Source: an uncultured Acidobacteriota bacterium | GTDB lineage: Bacteria; Acidobacteriota; Thermoanaerobaculia; Multivoradales; JBCCEF01 | Direction of reading: 5' to 3' | Length of the DNA: 64,000 nucleotides | Assembly (NCBI GenBank): GCA_963730155.1 | Contig: CAVSQV010000003.1 | Location: forward strand, 2,723,226 to 2,787,225 | Part shown: in pieces, positions 53,141 to 62,607 of the stretch | Position numbering within the stretch: position 1 is the first letter of the stretch | Layout: every line of letters begins with the position of its first letter | Made by a program: the position numbers and the translations under genes | Notes under the pieces: model-generated | What the model was told of the DNA's origin: nothing | Database searches by the model: none | Seen by the model: only the letters and a program-made list of their open reading frames with translations

Positions 53141-55345
53141 TCACTTCGAAGTCAGCGTCTCCACCGCGTCCCACTCCGGCCCAGGGGTCTCGAAGCGGTA
53201 GCGGCGGCAGCGGGCGCGGAGGACCTCGGCGGGGCCGTCGGCGGGGTGGGCGGCGAGCAGGGCGTCGAAGCTCTCGAGCGCCTCGTTGAAGCGGCGCCCC
53301 CGGTAGGCGGCGAGGCCGCGGGCGAAGAGGTCGGCGCGCTCGAGGTCGGCCGGCGAGGCCGGGGCGGCGGCCAGCAGCTCGAAGAGCGCCACCGCCTCGG
53401 TCTTGCCCTTGACCCGCACGCGGTCGATCTCGCGGAAGAGGAAGCCCGCTCCGGCCGCCGCGGCGGTCGGGCCGGTGACCAGGATCTCGGTGCCGTAGAG
53501 CTTGTTGAGCCCCTCGACGCGCGAGCCGAGGTTGACGTTGTCGCCGATCACGGTGTAGTCGAAGACCTGGTCCGAGCCCATGTTGCCGACCGCCATCAGG
53601 CCGCTCGCGAGGCCGATGCCGATCCCCACCCGCTGATCGGCGCCGAGCCTTCCCTCGGCGCGCCAGCGCTGGTTGAGCCGCACCAGCTCGGCGCGCATCG
53701 CGAGCGCGGCGGCGCAGGCGCGGCGGGGGTGGTCGGCCTGGCGCACCGGGGCGCCGAAGAAGGCCATCAGCGCGTCGCCCATGTACTTGTCGAGCGTGCC
53801 CCCCTCGGCCAGCACCAGCCGGGTCATCGGGGTGAAGAACTCGTTGAGGAGGCGCACCACGACGTCCGGCGGCCGGCCCTCGGCCAGGGTCGTGAAACCG
53901 CGGATGTCGGAGAAGAGCACCGTCATCTCGCGCTCCTCGCCGCCCAGGGCCAGCTCGCGGTCGGGGTCGCGCAGCATCTCCTCGACCACCGCCTCGGAGA
54001 CGTAGCGCTGGAAGGCGCGGCGGATCCAGCGCGCGCGCTTCTCGACCGTGCCGACCTGGTAGCGCAGCGCGGCGACCAGCGCCATGGCGCCGGCGAGGAC
54101 CGGCGGCACCAGCCGCAGGTGCCAGCCGGCGGCGGCGAAGGCGGCGTAGCAGACCGCCGGCCAGACCAGCACCACGGCGATCGCCGCCGCCGAGCCGGCG
54201 AGGTAGCGCCGGCGGCGCTCGCTCGCCGAGACCAGGAGCGCGGCGAGCGGCCCGATCGCGAGGAGCGCCAGGAGCGAGAGGCCGCGCTGCACCGCGGTGT
54301 CGCGCAGGTAGCGGCCGTTGAGCAGGTTGTCGGCGACCGTGGCATGGACCTCGACCCCGGGCACCGCGGCGCCGAACGGGGTGGCGGTGAAGTCGCCGAT
54401 GCCGGTCTCGCTGGCGCCGACGAAGATCAGCTTGCCGGCCAGCGCCTCGGCGGGCACGCGGCCGGCGATCACGTCGGCCGCCGGATGGGTCGCGAAGCTC
54501 CCCTCCCCGCCGAGGTAGTCGATCCACAGCTTGCCGTGCTCGTCGGCGCGCACCGGCCGGTCGCCGATCCGCACCTCCGGCAGCCCGCCCTGGTACGGCC
54601 GCAGCGACAGCGGCTCGCCGAGGTAGGCCGCCACCGCCGCCAGCGCCAGCGCCGGGTAGTAGCGGCCGCGGTGGGCGTTGACCAGCTCGTAGCGCCGCTG
54701 CACCCCCTCCTCGCGCTCGTGGCTGAAGAAGCCCTGCGCCGCCGCCGCGGCCTCGAAGAGGTCGAGGTTGGGCTCGGCCTCGGGCCGGCTAGTCACCGGG
54801 AACGGCCCGCCGAGGACGACCTGGAACGACCACGGCGAGAGGTCGGGGTCGCCGCCGGCGGCGGGCGGCGAGTAGCAGGCGGAAGCGGCGCCGGCGGGCG
54901 GCGGGGGCGGCGCGGCGGGAGCGCCGCCGGTGACCCGGCTCCGGAGGAAGTAGCCGAGCACGACGCCCCCCGCCCGCTCGATCGCCGCGGCCAGCGCCGC
55001 GTCCTCGCCCGAGAGATCGACCCCGGGCGGCGAGCGCGTCGGCTCCGAGTTGACGATGTCGAGTGCCACCGTGGTCGCCCCCGCCGCGGCCAGCCGGTCG
55101 ATCAGCGCCGCCATGCAGGTGCGCGGCCACGGCCAGCGTCCGAGCGCCTCGACGCTCTCGGGGTCGATCGCCACGATCGCCACCCGCTGGTCCGCGGGCC
55201 GCGGCCCCCGCAACCGCATCAGGAGGTCGGTCACCACCGCCTCAAGCGGCTCGAGCGCGCGGGTCAGCTCGATGCCGACCACCAGGAGCGAGGCGGCGAG
55301 CCCGAGGGCGGCGGCGATCCAGCGGTTGCGGCGGCCGGCGGCCAT
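53141..55345 (-). CDS. CHASE2 sensor - class III adenylate/guanylate cyclase - C-terminal TPR protein
   Basis: The N-terminal TM segment is followed by VAIVAIDPESVEALGRWPWPR (CHASE2 start), then three TM helices. The cyclase core reads EREMTVLFSDIRGFTTLAE...GGTLDKYMGDALMAFFGAP...IGIGLASGLMAVGNMGS...YTVIGDNVNLGSRVE. The tail reads GLAAYRGRRFNEALESFDALLAAHPADGPA. The ORF is intact at 734 aa. Confidence 0.9.
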   Translation of the reverse strand: MAAGRRNRWIAAALGLAASLLVVGIELTRALEPLEAVVTDLLMRLRGPRPADQRVAIVAIDPESVEALGRWPWPRTCMAALIDRLAAAGATTVALDIVNSEPTRSPPGVDLSGEDAALAAAIERAGGVVLGYFLRSRVTGGAPAAPPPPPAGAASACYSPPAAGGDPDLSPWSFQVVLGGPFPVTSRPEAEPNLDLFEAAAAAQGFFSHEREEGVQRRYELVNAHRGRYYPALALAAVAAYLGEPLSLRPYQGGLPEVRIGDRPVRADEHGKLWIDYLGGEGSFATHPAADVIAGRVPAEALAGKLIFVGASETGIGDFTATPFGAAVPGVEVHATVADNLLNGRYLRDTAVQRGLSLLALLAIGPLAALLVSASERRRRYLAGSAAAIAVVLVWPAVCYAAFAAAGWHLRLVPPVLAGAMALVAALRYQVGTVEKRARWIRRAFQRYVSEAVVEEMLRDPDRELALGGEEREMTVLFSDIRGFTTLAEGRPPDVVVRLLNEFFTPMTRLVLAEGGTLDKYMGDALMAFFGAPVRQADHPRRACAAALAMRAELVRLNQRWRAEGRLGADQRVGIGIGLASGLMAVGNMGSDQVFDYTVIGDNVNLGSRVEGLNKLYGTEILVTGPTAAAAGAGFLFREIDRVRVKGKTEAVALFELLAAAPASPADLERADLFARGLAAYRGRRFNEALESFDALLAAHPADGPAEVLRARCRRYRFETPGPEWDAVETLTSK

Positions 55346-55377
55346 CGCGGGTTAACGCCGGACCGGCCGCCGGCCCA

Positions 55378-56166
55378 TCAGTTCGGCCTTCCCGACGCCG
55401 GCGGCGCCGGCTCGGCGGGCGCCCCGCTCCCCGCCGTGCCGGGGGGGAAGTTCGGGCTCGGCACGTCGTCGCGCGGCGGCGGGAGCTGCGGGTCGCGCGG
55501 GCGCAGGACCGGGGGCTCGATCTCCTCGTTGGGCGGCACGATCTCGGGCGGCAGCGCGCGCGCCGCGGCGGCGCCGGTCGCGGGGTCGAAGGGCGCCGGG
55601 TCGGTGGGCGGGGCGCCGCGGCGGACCGAGGTCGAGTAGCCGGCGGTCAGCGTCACGGTGCCGCCCGACTTCGAGGTCACCTCGACCGTGCCCTCCTCGA
55701 CCCAGACCACGGTGAGGTCCAGATCGGGGACCTCGGTGGTCAGGATCGTCCCCTTGACGCCGATCGTGGCGGTCGGGGTGTCGACCTCGACGCTGCCGCG
55801 GAAGAGGCTCGAGAGCGCCAGGCGGACCTTGCCGGCGATCACGCCGAGGAGCGAGTCCTCGGCGCCGGTGGCGGCGTCGACGGTTTCGCGGTCGAGAACC
55901 ACCTCTGCGCCGGCGCCCAGCTCGAGCACCCCGGCCGAGCCGAAGGTCATGCGCGCGTAGGATTCGCGGGCGGTGGCCACCCGCATCTTGAGGAGCACCG
56001 GGTCGGGGACCGCGAGGGGCGCCGGCGAGCCGCCGTCCGGGGTGCCGGTGACCTGGCCCTCCGCCTCGACGATCACGCCGACCTCCTGGGCGCCGAGATC
56101 GGCGGCGAAGGCCGGCGCGAGCGCCAGCGCCGTCGCCGCGGTCAGGAGCTGGATCTGCCGTCTCAT
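55378..56166 (-). CDS. FecR-domain protein (secreted), Pro-rich C-terminus
   Basis: GGAGGTG lies upstream of ATG 56166. The signal peptide is [26 protein letters not shown]. The FecR-like beta-rich core reads SYARMTFGSAGVLELGAGAEVVLD...VKGTILTTEV...EGTVEVTS. The start overlaps the upstream stop (ATGA). Confidence 0.8.
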   Translation of the reverse strand: MRRQIQLLTAATALALAPAFAADLGAQEVGVIVEAEGQVTGTPDGGSPAPLAVPDPVLLKMRVATARESYARMTFGSAGVLELGAGAEVVLDRETVDAATGAEDSLLGVIAGKVRLALSSLFRGSVEVDTPTATIGVKGTILTTEVPDLDLTVVWVEEGTVEVTSKSGGTVTLTAGYSTSVRRGAPPTDPAPFDPATGAAAARALPPEIVPPNEEIEPPVLRPRDPQLPPPRDDVPSPNFPPGTAGSGAPAEPAPPASGRPN

Positions 56167-57497
56167 CGCGCACCTCCGAGGAAGGACCAGCGGAAGCCCA
56201 CCGCCGCCACGGTGCGCTCGTAGTCGAGGTCGAAGAACTGCTCGGCCACCGGGCCGACGTCGGCGTCCCGGTCGCTCCACGAGACGCGGCCGGTGAGGAG
56301 GAAGCGCGGCGCGAGCGCCCACGACAGCACGGCGCCGAGCCGGGTGATCGAGTCCTCGCGCGCCTCGTCGACCGGGAAGGAGCCGAAGACCGGGTTCGAT
56401 TCCACCGCGTCGAAGTCGACCTGATCGAGGCCGCCGGCCAGGGTCAGGGTCCAGCCGTCGCCGAACGGCAGCGCCAGCTCGGCGCGGCCGCCGGCGGTCG
56501 AGGCGTCGAAGGCGGCGCCGGCATCGCGCTCGGCGGCGCCCAGCGCGAGCCGCACGAAGCGCTCGCGGCGGCCGAGGTGGAAGGTCTGCTCGACCTCGGC
56601 CTCGACGACCGTGCCGGAGGCCTCGAAGGCGCCGGCGTTGTCGCGATCGAAGTCCTCGTCGCGCCAGGCGGCCGAAAGCCGGGTGGCACCGGCGGCGCCC
56701 TGGCGGACGAAGAACGAGGCCGCCGCCGCGGTGGTCGAGGCGTAGCCGTCGCCGTCGAGATCGTCCTCGGCGAGGCCGCCCTGGAGGAGCAGGCCGAAGC
56801 GCGGGTTGCCCTGGGGCACCCGCAGGTAGCCGAGGGGACCGGCGAGGAAGCCCGACGGATCGCCGCCCCGGGCGAGCTGGGCGGTGGCGCCGAGGCGGGT
56901 GAAGTCGAGGAAGTCGAGCCGGTCGTAGAGCGCCTGGTAGCCCTCGCCGACCAGGGCCAGGGTCCAGCCACCGCGGCCGCGGACCGGCACCAGGGCGCCG
57001 CGGGCGCCGAGGCCGATCACGGTGTCCGACTCCGGGCCGTCGAAGAGGGTCGAGCCGTCCGGGCTCACCGCCAGGACGCCGTCCGCGAGGAGAAGCGGGT
57101 TGGAGTCGTCGCCGATCGAGGCGCGGAGGTCGAGCTCCCAGGGCGGCACGCCGCCGAAGGTCTCGAGCCGGGGGGCCGCAGGCTCCGGCGGTCCGGCCGT
57201 CTCCCCCGCCGCCGCCCGCCGCGCCTGTTCGAGCCAGGCCTGGGCGGCCGCGTTCCCCGGATCGGCCTCGACCGCGGCGGCGAAGCGCTCGGCGGCCGCC
57301 TCGAAGTCGCCGCGGTGGAACGCGGCGAGGCCGAAGGCGAAGGCGACCTCGGCGTCGGCGCTCGCGGCCGCGGCGGCCGGCGGGGGCGCCGCCGCGGCGG
57401 CGAGCGCCAGGGCCAGGGCCGCGGCGAGCAGCAGTTCCGGCCGCCGCCGCGCCGGGGCGGGCGCCGCCGCCCGGCACGGGGTTCTCTGGGCTCTCAT
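56163..57497 (-). CDS. outer-membrane protein: N-terminal TPR-like segment + C-terminal beta-barrel (Slam/DUF560-like architecture, unverified)
   Basis: The signal peptide reads ...[28 protein letters not shown]-like helix pair is present ([39 protein letters not shown]). About 330 aa of alternating beta-strand pattern follow, ending in [17 protein letters not shown] overlaps occur at both ends. Confidence 0.6.
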   Translation of the reverse strand: MRAQRTPCRAAAPAPARRRPELLLAAALALALAAAAAPPPAAAAASADAEVAFAFGLAAFHRGDFEAAAERFAAAVEADPGNAAAQAWLEQARRAAAGETAGPPEPAAPRLETFGGVPPWELDLRASIGDDSNPLLLADGVLAVSPDGSTLFDGPESDTVIGLGARGALVPVRGRGGWTLALVGEGYQALYDRLDFLDFTRLGATAQLARGGDPSGFLAGPLGYLRVPQGNPRFGLLLQGGLAEDDLDGDGYASTTAAAASFFVRQGAAGATRLSAAWRDEDFDRDNAGAFEASGTVVEAEVEQTFHLGRRERFVRLALGAAERDAGAAFDASTAGGRAELALPFGDGWTLTLAGGLDQVDFDAVESNPVFGSFPVDEAREDSITRLGAVLSWALAPRFLLTGRVSWSDRDADVGPVAEQFFDLDYERTVAAVGFRWSFLGGAR

Positions 57498-58852
57498 CGC
57501 GGCAACCTCCTCACCTCGTCGGCGAGACGCCGGAGCAGCGCCTCGAAGCTCTCGCGATCGTAGCCCGCGCGCGACTCGAGCGCGCGGTCCAGCTCGTCGA
57601 TCGTCGCCGCCAGGCCGGAGCCGGCGACCGCGGGCCGGCGCGCGATCAGCTCGGCGGCCAGGGTGTTGATCGCGAAGAGCGTCCGCGCCGCGCCGTCGTA
57701 GTCGATCGGGTCCGCGCCGGCATAGCGGGCGAGGCGTTCGCGGATCCGCGCCTCGTCCCAGGCCAGGGCGGCCAGCGCCGGCTCGATCCCGGCGATCGCC
57801 GCGGCCGCCTCCTCGGCGATCCGCGCCGCCTCGGCGGCGGGGAGGTCGAGCTTCCAGGCCGCCGCGCCGGCCGCCGGCACCCGTGCGTCCAGCTCCTCCA
57901 GCCGGTCCGGCGCGGCCTCGGCGACCAGCGGCCGGAGCACGCGCCAGCGATCGTCGTTCCAGGCCGGCCGGCCGACCGCGCGGCCTCGATCGGGGAGCCT
58001 CCAGCGCTCTTCGGCGAGCGAGTGATGGCAATCGTCACAACGCAGCTCGGCGAGCTCCGGCCGGCGGCCGGCGCGGGCGCGGGCGGCCAGGAGCTCGAGC
58101 CGCCGGCGCAGCCCGCGCGCCTCGCCGATCACCCAGGCGCGCGCGCCGCGGCCGGCCGCCGCCTCGCCGGCGCGGCCGGGCTCGCGGTAGGCGCCGGCGG
58201 GGGGCCAGTGCGGCGGCATCGCGGCGGCGTAGTTGTCGAGCTCGAAGACCAGCGCCGGATGGCCGGCGGCGATCAGCTCGTGGTCGACCTCCCGGCCGGG
58301 AGCGCCGGCGTGGCAGCTCATGCAGAGGCCGGCGCGCACCGCCAGGTCGCGCAGGTCGCGCAGACCGGCGGCCACCGAGTCGGCGTGGCTCCATCCCTCC
58401 GAGCGGTGCCCCTCGAGCCAGCCGCTGGCCGGGCCGTGGCAGCTCTCGCAGGAGACGCCGTCCTCGATCTCGAGCCGGCCGGCGACCGCGCCGGCGGGCG
58501 GGGTCAGGGCGTGGCAGTCGAGGCACTGCCGGGCCTCTTCCGGGGCGCGCAGGCCGAGGTTCCCGGCGATGACCTTCGACCGCTCGCCGAGGAGCACGAT
58601 GTAGGCCTCGGAGTGGCCGTCGTCGCGCGACCAGGTGTAGAACTCGTTCTGGAGCACCGGGTAGGCGTCCTGCGGCCGGGTCGCGCCGTGGCAGTTCGAC
58701 GACGCGCACGAGGCGACGCCGTAGTAGCGGCCGGCGGCCGGCGGCTCGGCCCCCGGAGTGCCGGGCGGCGGCGGCTCCTGCGCCGGGGCGGACGACGCCG
58801 CGAGGAGCGCGCACGCCGCCGCGGCGCCGATCCGGAGTGCCCGTCGGTTCAT
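57494..58852 (-). CDS. multiheme c-type cytochrome (one CX4CH + four CXXCH) with helical C-terminal domain
   Basis: GGAGGGAGGG lies upstream of ATG 58852. The signal peptide is [24 protein letters not shown]. Heme motifs are CASSNCH, CLDCH, CESCH, CMSCH and CDDCH. The start overlaps the stop of the upstream gene (ATGA). Confidence 0.8.
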   Translation of the reverse strand: MNRRALRIGAAAACALLAASSAPAQEPPPPGTPGAEPPAAGRYYGVASCASSNCHGATRPQDAYPVLQNEFYTWSRDDGHSEAYIVLLGERSKVIAGNLGLRAPEEARQCLDCHALTPPAGAVAGRLEIEDGVSCESCHGPASGWLEGHRSEGWSHADSVAAGLRDLRDLAVRAGLCMSCHAGAPGREVDHELIAAGHPALVFELDNYAAAMPPHWPPAGAYREPGRAGEAAAGRGARAWVIGEARGLRRRLELLAARARAGRRPELAELRCDDCHHSLAEERWRLPDRGRAVGRPAWNDDRWRVLRPLVAEAAPDRLEELDARVPAAGAAAWKLDLPAAEAARIAEEAAAAIAGIEPALAALAWDEARIRERLARYAGADPIDYDGAARTLFAINTLAAELIARRPAVAGSGLAATIDELDRALESRAGYDRESFEALLRRLADEVRRLPR

Positions 58853-61800
58853 CGAGTCCCTCCCTCCGGCTCGTCCCGGACGGTGTAGACCGCGCCGTCG
58901 CGCAGATAGAGCCGCTCGCATCTCCTCGCGGGTGAACGGCCGCGCGCCGAGGCGGTTGAAGACGCTCACCTGGTGGCCGCTCTCGTCGACCGCGCGGTCG
59001 CGGTCGAGCCCGCGCGAGAGCGCCAGCGCCGGGCCGTGGGTGTGGCGCGTAGGCGATCAGCCGCGGCGCCGGCCGCGGGCTGAAGCCGAGGTAGCCGGGC
59101 GACGGTCTCCGGCGAGGTGAGCTGGAGCACCTCGAGCCCGTCCTCGCCGTCGGCGACGTAGGCGAAGACGCTGGCGTTGGTGGCGCCGACCGTCGACGTC
59201 GCGGACGTCGTTCAGCGCCCGCCGCGTCGAAGATCTGATCGACGCGCGGCTCCTCGGGGCGCTCGACGTCGACGATCGCCAGCCCCTCGCGCGCCGGCCG
59301 CGACGTAGGCGTAGGTGCGCGCCACGTAGACGCTCCGCGCCTTGCCGAAGCCGCCGAGCGAGGCGGCGAGGCGCGGCTCGCCGCGGATCGGTGACGTCGA
59401 CCACCGAGAGCCCGTCGGCGTCGGTGACGAAGGCGTAGCGGAACTGCACCTGGACCGCGCGTCGGCTCGGCGAAGCCGGCGGACGACCGCCGCGACCGCG
59501 CGGCCGGAGCGGCTCGGCGCAGTCGATCACCACCAGGCCGGCGTCCGACAGCACGTAGACCCAGGTGCCGGCGACGGTCAGCGCCGACGCGCCGTCGAGC
59601 GCGCCGTCGGGGTTGAAGGTCAGCGCGCGCTCGAGGAAGTTGTTCGCGCGGCTCGCCGTCGGTCAGCGTCGCGACGTCGACCAGGATCAGCCCCTCCTCG
59701 CGGTCGGCGACGAAGGCGTAGCGGTAGATCGGGTGCAGCGGCTGCTCGCGGTTCTCGGGCTCGCGGCGTCGCGGTCGAGGCCATCGGCATCGTGGTCGGC
59801 AGCGCCACCGCCGCGGCGTCGCGGGTCGCGACGTGGGTGTCGCTGGCCGAGCGGCGACACCGGGGCGGTGACGAGCCGCTCGGAGAAGTCCTTGTTGTCG
59901 ACGTTGGCGACGTCGAAGACCTCGAAGCCGCCGTGCCCCTTGGCGGCGAACAGGTACTCGCCGCGGAGCTGGAGGTCGATCACGTCCCCGCCGCCGCCGT
60001 GGTGGTGGTGCGCCTCCGCCAGCTCGCGTCCCGCGCTCGACGTGGGCGCGGTGGAAGTCGGGATAGGCGAGCCGGTGGAGGTAGCTGCCGATCACCGCCT
60101 GCGGCTCCTCCCACTCGGTGACCGCGACCGCCTCGATGCCGTCCGTGCCCGGCGCCGACCCAGGCGAAGCGGCCGACGAAGTTGACGAAGCCGGTGCCCT
60201 GGGTCAGGAGCTGCGCCATCCAGGCGTTGTTGTCGCCGGCCTCGGAGAGGTGGCAGTCGGTGCAGGCCTTGGTCTCCGTGCCGCGCACGGTGTGCGGCAC
60301 GTGCGGGTTGAAGGCCTGGCTCGAGAAGCCGGGCGCGCGAGATCGGCGGCTGCTGGAGGTAGAAGCGCTTGCGGTTGGCGTTGGTCGACGACAGGACCAG
60401 CGCGCTCGACGAGCGGACCGGCGCGATCTTGTTGCCCTTGACGTCGCCGTTGATCCCCAGCATGTAGACGTCGGTGCGGATCACCTGCGGGTTGTAGGAG
60501 GCGTAGTTGCGCGTCGACGCCGCCCTCGTAGTGCTTGACCTCGGACGTGGACGTTCGCCTCCTGCGGCAGGTGGCAGCCGAAGCAGGAGGTGACCCACGA
60601 CGAGTGGCAGGCGTAGCAGGTCATCCGGTCGTCGCGATGGGCGAGGGTCGCCGGATCGCCGGCCGTGCCGGTGAACGAGCCGTCGGCGGCGAGGAGTCTT
60701 CGCGCGGTGCGAGCGCTCGTTGTAGTGGGGATCTGCCCGGGGTCACCGAGTCGCGCACCTGCGGCACCTCGCCATTCGCGGTCGGGTTCGAGCATCGAGC
60801 GCTGGTACAGCTCGGCGCCACGCCAGCGGAACCGCCGCTGGCCCCACGGCGTGGTCGCGTGCGCGAGGTCGGTGCCGCCGGGGGGCGCCGCCGGGCCGCT
60901 GGTGCGGAGGTCGGTCAGCGCCGCGGCGTCGCCGTGGCAGTCGCGGCACTCGATCTCGATCGCGTCGCCGTACTCGCCGTAGAGCTTGCCGTCGCCGTGG
61001 ACGTCCTGGGCGAAGTGGCAGTCGGCGCAGTGCATGCCCCTCTCGAGGTGGATGTCCTGGAGGTGGACCGCCTTCTCGAAGCGCTCCGGGTCGTCGAACG
61101 GCACGACCTCGCCGGCCTCGTCGAGCAGGTTGCCCTTCCGGTCGCGCTTGTAGACCGCGCGGAAGACCCAGCCGTGGCCGTGGTAGTCGGCGAACTGCGT
61201 GTGCTTCGAGCTTCGGGTTCAGCTCGGAGACCCGGGCCAGGAACTCCGGGTCGCTCCAGAGCCCGCGCACGGCCGCCCCCTCGGGGTTGGCGTCGAGCGC
61301 GCGCGCGCTCCTCGGCCTCGGTCGGGTAGCGCTGCTCGGCCGGCCAGAGGTGCTCGCCGTCGGTCTCGTAGTCCCACATCGTGTAGCCGAGGTAGGTGTT
61401 GACGAAGGCGTTCGGCTGGTGCATGTGGCAGCTCATGCACTGGCTGGTCGGCACCGCGCGGGTCAGCCGGTGGCGGATCGGATGGCCGCTCTCGCCGCGC
61501 GGGATGGTCGGGTCGCCGCCGGCGGCGAGCCCGAGGTGGCCGGCCTCCGCGAACGGCCCCGAGTGGAGCGGCTCGCGGTCGTTCGCGTAGACCACGTGGC
61601 ACGCGGTGCAGCCGCTCGAGCGGAAGTCGCCCGGATGGTCGTTGGTGCCGAGGAACGAGAGATGCGGGTCGTTGAGCCGGGTCTTGTGCAGGTTGATCAG
61701 CGCCGGGCTGATCCGGAGCCCCGTGCCGCGGCCGCGGTTGCTGAGCCGGATGTCGGGGCGGCCCGGCTCGTCGAACGGGCTCGGGTTGCCGATCTCGGGG

Positions 61801-62591
61801 AACGCCGACGGCTGGAGGAGCCCGCCGCGCTCGAAGGCGCGGAAGTACTCGCCGGGCTGGACGATCTCCCAGCGCGGCAGCGGGAAGAGCTGCGGCAGGG
61901 CGCCGCGGGCGCGGGCCGCTGCGTCGGGCGGCGGGTCCGCCGTGATCGACTGCGCCTCGCCGTCCGGACCGTAGCTCTCGCCGAGGAAGGCGCCCTTCCT
62001 GCTGACGATGCCGTTGGCGTAGGCCGCCGCGGCCCAGAAGATCGACGAGGTCGTCATCGGGCTCTTGGGGACGGCGGCGGTCTCCTTCGGGTGGCACGGA
62101 CCGCAGGCGATCGGGGCGACGCGCAGATCGCCCGGGTTGACGAAGCGGACGAACTCGAGCGACTCCTCGTTGAGCAGCGTGTAGGAGCGGACCGGGTTGG
62201 CCGAGCTGTAGCTGCCGTCGGCGCGCCGCCAGAGCTCGGGGCGGCGCGGCTGGACGTGGGCGGCGCGCATCGCGTCGTCGTAGCCGGCGTCGCCGCGGGC
62301 GGAGCCGTCGGGGCGGGCGGGAGCAGGATCGCCGCCGTGGCAGTCGGTGCAGCCGAGCTGGACGGCGGAGGAGGCGTGCATCTTCTCGATGCCGGCGTGG
62401 CAGGTGAGACAGCCCCGGCTGGCCGCGGCCGCCGCCGCCGCGGACTGGCGGAGGAGCGCGGCGGGCGCGGCGCCGCGCTCCTCCTCGACGAGCTGCGCGG
62501 CCGCCGGGCGCTCGCCGGAGGCGAGGAGCGCGACGGCCGCGCCCGCGATCAGCAGGGCGGCGAGGGCGGCGGCTCGGGGTGCGCGGCTCAT
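58849..62591 (-). pseudogene. decaheme c-type cytochrome fused to LVIVD-repeat beta-propeller (~1250 aa), reading frame broken at least eight times
   Basis: ATG 62591 has the signal/anchor MSRAPRAAALAALLIAGAAVALLA. Ten CXXCH motifs are present. CLTCH, CTDCH, CGPCH, CTACH and CMSCH lie in ORF 60915..62591. CADCH, CRDCH, CYACH and CFGCH lie in 60481..61104. CTDCH lies in 59980..60300. LVIVD-type repeats follow (GLILVDVATLTDGEP, GLVVIDCAEPLRP, GLSVVDVTDPRRA, GLAIVDVERPEEP, GFEVFDVANVDN) in ORFs 58035..60095, 59057..59554 and 59687..59983. The C-terminus [22 protein letters not shown]-stop is read after a 1-nt correction near 58918. Confidence 0.8.
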
Positions 62592-62607
62592 GTCTCGAGG
62601 AGGGCGG

